Source of the DNA: the human T2T-CHM13v2.0 reference genome, Homo sapiens
Length of the DNA: 64,000 nt
Direction: 5' to 3' (one strand)
Assembly: GCF_009914755.1 (NCBI RefSeq)
Contig: NC_060927.1
Shown here piece after piece: positions 55,721 through 64,000 of this stretch. Positions within the stretch are counted from its first letter, which is position 1. Every line of letters begins with the position of its first letter. The position numbers and the translations under genes are program-made. Under the pieces are notes generated by a model. The model was not told the DNA's origin and searched no databases. It was given only the letters and a program-made list of their open reading frames with translations.

Positions 55721-57008
55721 TAATCTTTGCTAGAGAGTCTAAATATTCCCCAATCATTGCACGTGGGATCCAGAGAACTTTCTTGCCCAAGATATATGGT
55801 GCTATATTTTTAATGCCCATATTGGCCTAGTTTTTCAGTGATAGCTTTTGATGTTGTATTTCACTTGTCTAAATAAACGCGTGATCCATAACATACTATT
55901 TACAATGCTCAGACAGATATTTCGAGATAAACTCTTTTAATGGAGAATCATTTGTTTGAGCACTTGAAAGGTTGCAGGGAAGGTCTACATAAATACTGTA
56001 TAATGCAAATTTTAAATTAAGACCAAGGCACAGATAACGCTCATATTTCATACTGTATATACATGTGCTGCTTGTCAGAGAACTAATCAGGGATTCAGAA
56101 ATACCGAGTATGAAAATGAAATCTATGGTAGAGACGTTGATGGGCCATTTTTCTATATTTTCCAAATAGGGAAGTAGATGGTATAGCTATTGTTGAAAAA
56201 TTACCAAGTAATGATCTCCTGGGAAGATCTCCTTATGTTTCATTAGAATTGTAATTAGAAGTGGCCGTGACCTTGGGAAACCTGCTTCAGGAGCAAGCTC
56301 TCCTCTCTTTTGTTTAAGAAAAACCTCTAAGTTTCCTCTACTCATGGGCCCGAGGCAATGTTAACTGAACTCCATAGAAAGAACATAATCAAGCATTTAA
56401 AATGTACTTTTCTGTTGCAATAAATGGAAATAAGCAAATACAGAATGGGTTATCATCCACTCAATTTTGGTTGTAGTTTGTCATTATAAATTAAAACCAT
56501 CTGGAGGATCTATTTCCCTCTGGAGGGGTATTTTTGCCATTTCCTAGGTCAAACCAGTCCTTAGAACTACCTTCTAATGAAGATTGGGATGCTTATTGAA
56601 TACCTGGAAACTCCTAGAACTTTAAGGACAACCCTGAACCATTTTCAACTTCTGCCTTCAAGTATGAAAGCCAAGCCACTCATTGGCTTGAACTAAAGTC
56701 AGCCTAAAACAATACTCTGCAAACTTGGCGCAGGTCCTTGCCTATTTAAATTTCCATCACACCATTGTCAGAGTCTCATGCCTTTCACATGGTTAGCCTG
56801 GTGGATGTGTTCCAACTCCCAGAAGGGAGCAAGTGCACCACAAAAACACTGGAAGGGCTCACATGTTTCCAACACCTCATCGGATGCTTCAGTGCAGGGG
56901 TAAAAACATTCCTGGTACTCATGTTGTTGGAGAAATCACAAAGGATTTCAGGCTGGTACCTCATCCATCTCAGTTAAAAAATGAAATGGAGACTCCTGGT
57001 CAATTGTC

Positions 57009-57050
57009 AAAAAAAAAAAAAAAAAAACCACACACACACACACACACACA
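57009..57050 (+). repeat. compound A19-(CA)11 microsatellite
   Basis: directly visible. Confidence 0.9.
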
Positions 57051-58294
57051 AAACTCCACATATCCCCTGGTTTTTCCCCAACTTCCTTGCCTCCTGCAAA
57101 GCCATGCCAGCCTCAGTAACAATATAATCAAAATGTTTAAAATGCAAAGTAAGTGTGTATAAAAAATGCACAGGGGCTGGAAAAGGAATGTAATAAGGTT
57201 AAATTTTACAAGCATAATTCCATATGTTGAAAGCATCTTGTAGTTATGTCAAATACAGATGAAGCTATAAATTACCCCAGAATCAAAAGTGTCAAGTTTC
57301 AGGCTAATGCTGAATATATATATATATATATACCCACAGCTTCAGAATTCTTATTAAAATATGAAAACATGCTAAACATAGAAAAGCTAACAACTGTACC
57401 AAAAGTAAGACAAAGTGTTACTAATGTCTGCCAACTGGTATTACTCACCAGGGCAATCAATCACACATGAGCAAACCTCTGTGGCAGGCAACCAGGAAAG
57501 CTGAAACCCACCTCTCCTTCATGGTTGTCTTATTTGTGGTTACTTTTGCAAGGATTCCACACTATTCCATTTGCTTGTTCTTAACCCTGAGAGGGCATGG
57601 TTAGCAAGAGGAAAACGTTTATTCAATTATAATGTCTTTATTTCTGCTTAAAACACATACAAAACTGTCAGCAATAGACAAATTAGTACTTTGGGCCAAA
57701 GCATGTGCTCCGTTTATTCTGTATTTGAATTCTAATAAATTATATCCACATTATTACAAAAATTATAACTGACATGCTGTCAGAGCTATACATGTATATG
57801 CCTAGAAATATACATAATGCTTTGAAAGCTGTCACATTTAGTCCTGTTGTAAACATCACCCTCATTTGCTAAACAGTGTTGTTGTGTATTTGGTCCACCG
57901 TAATTTTTCCCTTACTTCTAAGCCTACGATTCTGAATATATCTTAACAATGAAGAAAAATAATGTCTCCTTTAAGGGTTGTAACGCTCTATCACAAGATT
58001 CAGCATAGCATATGGAAATAGTTTCTTTCAAAAGCATCCTAGGCCAAGTAATAAGATAGGGCTATTTGGTGAAGTAGCCCCCTTTCCAATCTACATTGAC
58101 AACAATGTGTTGACAATGTTTTGGATACCTTGAAAGGGATTTTCTTCAATATCTGGTGAAGTTGCATCTATTTTTGTTAATGTGGGCTCTGCACTAGAAG
58201 TTAACATAACTATCACAAAGGTAAAAATGTGACTTCTGCTGAATGGTGGTGAAAACTGAATATTTGTGTTTCTCCAAAATTTATATGTTTTAGA

Positions 58295-58660
58295 TGCTAC
58301 AGACTGAATATTTGTGTTTCTCCAAAATTTATATGTCAAAATCATGACCCCCAAGTGATAGTATTAGGAGGTGGGGCCTTTGGAAGGTGATTAGCTCATA
58401 AAGGTACATCCCTCATAAATGAGATTAGTGCTCTTATAAAAGAGACAACAGAGAGATGCCTTGCCCCTTCTGCCATGCAAGGGTTCAATGAAAAGACAGT
58501 GATCTGTAAACAAGGTAGTGGGCCCTCACCAGACACCAAATCTGCTGGGGCCTTGGTCTTGGACTTCCCAGCCTCCAGAACTGTGAAAAACAAATATTTC
58601 CTATTTATAAGCCACCTGGTTTATAGTATTTTCTTACAGCAGCTGGAATAAACTGAGACT
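58295..58660 (+). mobile_element. MLT1A0-like solo LTR
   Basis: TGCTACAGACTGAATATTTGTG..GTATTAGGAGGTGGGGCCTTTGG..GGCCCTCACCAGACACCAAATCTGCTGG..AACTGAGAC. Confidence 0.9.
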
Positions 58661-59049
58661 AAGAGCGAAAAAATGTTTTTCATAATCATGCATTTCTCTC
58701 CCTTTCATCTCTTGGGTGCCTGGTATGTGTCCAAAATAGCACCAGATGCTTCTGGCAGAGGCCCTACCTACATAAAGGGTATCATCCAGGGAAGAAGTCA
58801 GACAGCAAAAACTAAGTGCAATTAATATGACCAAATGGGTGGTTCTGGGTTCCAGGACCATAGAGCTAGAAGCTGATATTCAGAGTTTTAAGCAGAAAAA
58901 GAAAGATTGGATAAGAAATTGTTTTGAAGACTCCTAAAGGATTATAAACATTTAAGGAATTGGCAATGCTTAGGGAGGATACCTTGGTTTGGGGTGGGGT
59001 TTTTTTTTTGTTTGTTTTTTGTTTGTTTGTTTGTTTTTTCCATTTAGAG

Positions 59050-59520
59050 CACATGGTTGCAAGCAACAGAAACCAATTCTGTTACTTTAAGTTAAAGAGA
59101 ATTCACTGGAAGGAAACTGAAATCGATAACTCACAGAATGTATGGGCTGCAAAAAAACCTGGGCTTAAAATTGGGCAGGAAGAGAGGACTGGGCAGTAGG
59201 AACTAGAGTGTAATAGTAGGAGTGGTCTAGTGAGCTGGCTGCTGATTTCTGGCCGGTCTTTTCATTCTCATAGTATCTGCTCAGGACCCAAAGTTCTGGG
59301 AAATGATTTTTTGCTGGTTGAGCTTAGGTCTTGCACCTATTCGTGGGCTCTCTTGAGGTTGGGGGAAGGAGAAGGTGAATCCTCACTTGCTGCAGCGTAA
59401 AGCCAATACAAGGAATTGTACTTCCACCAAGAATATTTGCCAGGTGAAGAGCTAATTCCTCAAAAGAAAATTGAGATAATCAAAAACGAATAATAGATGC
59501 AAGGCAACAAATCACCACAA
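59050..59520 (-). mobile_element. old MaLR LTR (MLT1K/M/N class)
   Basis: GGTTGCAAGCAACAGAAACCAA..TTTAAG; GGTTGAGCTTAGGTC. Confidence 0.5.
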
Positions 59521-59607
59521 AATTTGCTTAACCACTTCTCATTTATTAGTTCAGAATCTTGGAAAAGAAATGTCTGTTTTTTTAATTAATCAAATATTAG
59601 TAGTTTC

Positions 59608-59902
59608 AGCTGGGCGCGGTGGCTTACGCTTGTAATCCCAGCACTTTGGGAGGCCGAGGCACACAGACTGCCTGAACTCAGAAGTTCGAGACCAGCCTGG
59701 GCAACGTGGTGGAACCTTGTCTCTACTGAAAATACGAAAAATTTGCCTCATGTGGTGGCACACACCTGTGGTCCCAGCTACTTGGGAGACTGAGACTGAA
59801 GTGGGAGGATTGCTTGAGCCTGAGAGATGGAGGTTGCAGTGAGCCAAAATTGCACTACTGCACTCCAGCCTGAGCAACACAGTGAGACTCCCGTCTCAAA
59901 AA
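59608..59902 (+). mobile_element. AluJb
   Basis: dimeric Alu with J-type GGAGGATTGCTTGAGCC; TSD remnant GTAGTTT. Confidence 0.93.
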
Positions 59903-59911
59903 TATATGTAT

Positions 59912-59944
<33 letters not shown>

Positions 59945-59955
59945 CATATACATAT
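59903..59955 (+). repeat. (TA)n/(CA)n microsatellite in the Alu tail
   Basis: directly visible. Confidence 0.9.
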
Positions 59956-60311
59956 GTAGTTTGCTTATAGTATTATATTGAACTTCCTGACTGGATCTAC
60001 ATAGGTTTTGAAGCTAGCTATATTGCACTCTTTAAAGGGGTCACTTTTTAATGTCTGAATGTAAAGTGCTTTAATTAGTAAAGATATTTAGGCAAAAATA
60101 TCCCCAATATAATTTTTAAATTTGCGCATTCATAAGTAAAAAGTAGAAATAAGAAAATTACAGCAGTTGATATCAGAGATTCTGCCACTGAGAATCTTAA
60201 TTACTTTTCAATAACTGGTGTTTAATTTGTATGAAGGCAATGTAGCCTAAAGTATATATATATGTGTGTATTCAAAAGAATTGTACTAAATGCATTATAG
60301 ATCTTCTATTG

Positions 60312-60542
60312 CATCCTGGACTAGAATAAAAGAAACAACAGTGAAAATCAATACAATCCAAATAAAGCCTGTACTTTCATTAGTAATACTGTTCCAAGGT
60401 CTATATCTTAATTTTAACAAATATTCCATAGTTATGTAAAATGTTAACATAACGAGAAGCTGGATAAAGAACATATAGGAATCCTAGACTATCTGTGCAA
60501 CTCTTTCATAAGTCTAAAATTATTTCAAGATAAGAAGTTTTT
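60312..60542 (+). mobile_element. L1MC4/5-type 3' terminal fragment
   Basis: ATCCTGGACTAGAA..AAATAAAGCCTGTA..TAGTTATGTAAAATGTTAACAT..GAAGCTGG..GCAACTCTT..AAGTCTAAAATTATTTCAA. Confidence 0.75.
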
Positions 60543-61551
60543 ATTGCAAAACGCCATGCACATAGTAGGTGTTCAATTAGTTAATTGCATCTTACTTTGC
60601 CCTCTCTTGATCTTGAAATATTTATGTTCATCAGTTTCCTCGGACAATTTCTTATCATTCCTTCCTTCATTAATCTCTCTCTAGAAGCCAAAAACAAAAC
60701 GGGGAGAGGGAGAAAACAAAATTAAAGAAAAACCCCAATATAATTTTGCTCTGTTTCGTTATGAGATGCAGTTATTCTTTAAGAAATGTCTAGACATGTT
60801 TCACCCAGGGGCATCCTAACATTGGCTCCACAGACTCAGTGCTAACAATGACAACGTATTTGCCTAACAGTTACCATTAGACAGCTAGTTATTCTTTTTC
60901 TCTGCTTTCACTTTACTTATAGACAAAACTAACTCTGTCAGACATCTTGAGAATGCTATAGTTCATCTTCAACAGATAGAATTTTGTTCTTATTTTGTTA
61001 AATGTTACATTTACATAATTGTGTATGTCATTGGTGTTTATGAGGATACACCAAAAAAGTAAAAGTTTTCCTATCAGAGTATAGAGGATGATTACTCTAA
61101 AACCAATACAGGTGTCCCACTCTGTGATAACTCACACTCTGAATTCAGGAACCAAATAGATTTTAGATAATGAGGGCTAGTTTTCTTACTCTGCTCTAAG
61201 ATAAGTCACTTATTCTTTGCACAGAAGTTACACTGGAGTTAGAGATGATCTTTTTTTTTTTTTAATCACAGAGTATATAGCTTTAGAAATTCCTCACAGT
61301 AGGCCAGATGACATTGCTAATCTTTGTTTTCATTTTGTGAAGTTAGATGCCCTTAAAATGTTATGTCTTGGGTAGGTTACTCAATTTCAGTTAAAATCAC
61401 AAAGCAACTCTTGTAAAATAACACCTGGTGATTGAATAGTTAACTATAGAACTTACTGTTGTGGAAATATTCTTATCTCCAGACACAAAGATATTTATAT
61501 GAAAACTGCATTCTTTGTGACAAACCAGAATCTTATTTTGCTGAGGCCAAA

Positions 61552-62139
61552 TGCAATGGACATCTGTTGTTTTTGCCTGCCCAGCACATATTCCTCCCTT
61601 TACCATTAGAAGAGGCTGGATTTGGCCATGGGGGTGGGAGGGGTGGCTGCAGGGGAATCCACCCCTCTCCTCCTCTCAGTTCGAATGGTTTCGGGAGGAC
61701 CCTCATCCTCACCCGCAAACTTCCAACCTCTCTCTTGAAGGGTGGACCTATGACTCAGACCCAGCCAGACATCACAGCCTTTCCTGTTGGCCAGAGTTTG
61801 GCTCCAAATGAGCATGCGATTCCAGGCAGACCAGAGAGATGCAATTCAAAGAATCATACTGGAATGACTGGAATAAAGAAGCTCTTTTTTCCTGGAAATG
61901 AATCTAAGAGGATGTCAGTCTGGAGCTACTGGGGGCATTCTTATGACAAACCCCACCAACTAAAGAAAGATATCGACCGAAGCTAGTGATGTATTTGAAC
62001 AGTACCTGGATCCAGCCACCCTGAAGATGAGAACTTCAACTATTCGAGAAATAATGTTCATTTTTTTCCCCCTTAAACTTGTTTGAATCAGGTTTATAGG
62101 TTTATGTCTCTTGCAACTAACATAATTTTAAGTAATTCA
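61552..62139 (+). mobile_element. MLT1K-like LTR
   Basis: TGCAATGGACATCTGTTGTTTTTGCCTGCCCAGCA start; CCTGGATCCAGCCACCCTGAAG; CTTGCAACTAA..TAATTCA end. Confidence 0.75.
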
Positions 62140-62456
62140 TAAAATTTCCATGCATATTCTTCTTACTTCATGAATCTAAGTCAGGTGAAACTTGTATTTC
62201 CATTCATTTAATATATATGTACTCAGTGAATATTGTACAATGCAATGAAAGGGATAAAAAGATTCATTAGATATAATTTGTACCCTCAAAGGAAAATGTG
62301 AAGAAAAATCTGTAGAAATTAATTGACCTTTTAGAGACAGAGAGAAAGTGAAATTTCTGTTTTCTTTTCTATAAATGATGTATTATGATTTTTTTTTTTT
62401 AAGGAAGGCAATTAGTTAAGAAATCCCTAGGACACAGTATTTAGGAGCGTAGGTGG

Positions 62457-62646
62457 TTTTTTTGTGTTTTGTTGTTGTTTGTTTGCTTGTTTGTTTGTTT
62501 GAGACAGGGTCTCTGTTGCCCAGGCTGGAGTGCAGTGGCACTATCATGGTTCACTGCAGCCTCTACTTTCTCAGGCTCAAGTGATCCTCCCCGCTCAGCC
62601 TCCCAGGTAGCTGGAAGGACAGGTGTGCGTCACCATGCCCAGCTAA
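62457..62646 (-). mobile_element. Alu right monomer (FRAM/AluJ) with (GTTT)n tail
   Basis: GAGACAGGGTCTC..GGCTCAAGTGATCCTCCC..CACCATGCCCAGCTAA; degenerate TSD AGGAGC..GGTTTT. Confidence 0.85.
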
Positions 62647-62855
62647 AGGAGCAGGGGTTTTACATCAGACAACCTGGTTTAAGCCTGTTTCTGTCTCCTA
62701 CTACATGATCTACAAGTTACTTCACTTCTCTTAGTATTCATTTTCCTGTCTACAAAGTTAGTACAAATATACCTGGGTCAAATAATTTTTTGAAGATTGA
62801 GAAAATACATACAAATTATATATTATGCCAGATACATAGCATTAAGTGGTGGTTT
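62647..62855 (+). mobile_element. MIR (host of the Alu monomer)
   Basis: TCAGACAACCTGGTTTAAGCC..CAAGTTACTTCACTTCTCT..TCATTTTCCTGTCTACAAA. Confidence 0.65.
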
Positions 62856-62949
62856 TTAAAAGAAAATACTTAATACATGATTCAGTATAGTTCTTCACCA
62901 ATTTTAGAATTTTTGGTTTGGTATCCAACACACAAAAAAGGCTATTTTA

Positions 62950-63710
62950 ATTTGTATCTCCAGCCCAGTTTTATTTCTATGCATCAGGCTCCATGCAGAT
63001 GTACAACTGCATACTGGTTATAGCCACTAGAATTTCTCACAGGCACATGGACTCCACCATGTCCAAAACCAAATTTAGTATTTCTCTCTGACCCCAAACC
63101 CACGTCTGTTTCTGCAATCTCCGTTTCAGTAAATGGTACCATCATGCACCAGAATCCCAGCTCACTCCCACACGCCCTCACTCCCCACATTAAATCAGTG
63201 GCCACAGTAGCCCACCAGCCTTCTAACTGGTCTCTCTGCCTCTATCCTTTTATCCCCTGGTCTGCATTCTGCACAGGAGTCAACTGATCTCCTCAATTCG
63301 CACACTTCCTGAAAACCAACAATGGTTTATCACTGGCCTTAGGATAAAGACAAACTCCTTAGCATGGACTACCTTTCTTCATGTTCCAGTGTCTTCACTG
63401 CTGCAGTCTGGGCTCATAACCCTTCCAAACCACACCCACCTCACCACCCCATGGTCCAGCCCTAGAAACTTCTCTCATCCCTCCTATACCTGCTCTATTT
63501 TGTTTCATGGAGTTTGCATATATAGTTTCTTTTTCCTGAAAGAGTACTTACTTCTCTCTCCTTACACCTCTCGCTTCATTTGATCTTATTTTTTATGTCC
63601 TAACCTACCTGTTATTTCTTCCAAATATCTCAGCCTTCCCTTACCAACACCTGAAGTAGGGATTATAATAGCATCTGTACCTTTCTGTGACAAAACCTAC
63701 CACATATTTT
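62950..63710 (+). mobile_element. L2
   Basis: TATCTCCAGCCCAG..CACAGGCAC..CATGTCCAAAACCAAAT..CAGTAAATGGTACCATCA..CTTCTAACTGGTCTCTCTGCC. Confidence 0.8.
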
Positions 63711-64000
63711 ATTTCTATATAAATATGTAGATATAGACATAGTGTAGTAGAATTATCAAATTCAGTGTCTATTCCAATGCCAGGAATGATTAACCTGGCT
63801 TGACAAACCCCCACAGATAGATATTCAGGAGGTGGGCTATAAACTTAATTGGGAAAAAGATTGCATCATTTTTTTCACTAACCTCAAACTGAAATTTATT
63901 CTTTCTAGTATGAATAGAGGCAACAAAACACAGTAGCATTAACAGTAGCTGTGATTTTGTCAACAATACATCATAGACATTTTATATCACATTACAGATA

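Noticed and set aside
61459-61986. 175-aa ORF, the longest non-L1 ORF
   Set aside because: Non-ATG start, lies mostly within an MLT1K-like LTR, no recognisable domain.

Overview
AT-rich primate (human/hominoid-type) non-coding genomic DNA, intergenic or deep intronic. No cellular protein-coding exon, tRNA, rRNA or CRISPR array is supported. The ORFs with recognisable products are broken LINE-1 ORF1/ORF2; the rest are chance ORFs, many inside repeats. Much of the window is interspersed repeats (L1PA/L1MA/L1MC/L1ME, L2, MIR, Alu J/S, MaLR LTRs, MER1B/3/6/58/63, a Tc2 fragment); family names are from my recall of consensus sequences, not a search. Main findings: (1) one ~7.0-kb minus-strand insertion (22525-29522, 15-bp TSD) made of a 5'-complete L1PA5-like element whose 5'UTR intron appears spliced out (SpIRE 97/622 junction) plus a ~1.35-kb 3' transduction with its own AATAAA/poly(A) and a passenger THE1C LTR; (2) a full-length U6 snRNA/L1MA chimeric retrocopy; (3) a 379-bp locally templated insertion flanked by a 12-bp duplication; (4) a 108-bp degenerate palindrome flanked by TAA, possibly a very old Harbinger-type MITE; (5) two ~5-kb repeat-poor tracts with homeodomain/PBX-HOX/MEIS-dense, CpG-retaining blocks that resemble developmental enhancers. 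I see no evidence of a wholly new multi-gene system; the novelty lies in these retrotransposition/repair events and candidate regulatory elements.
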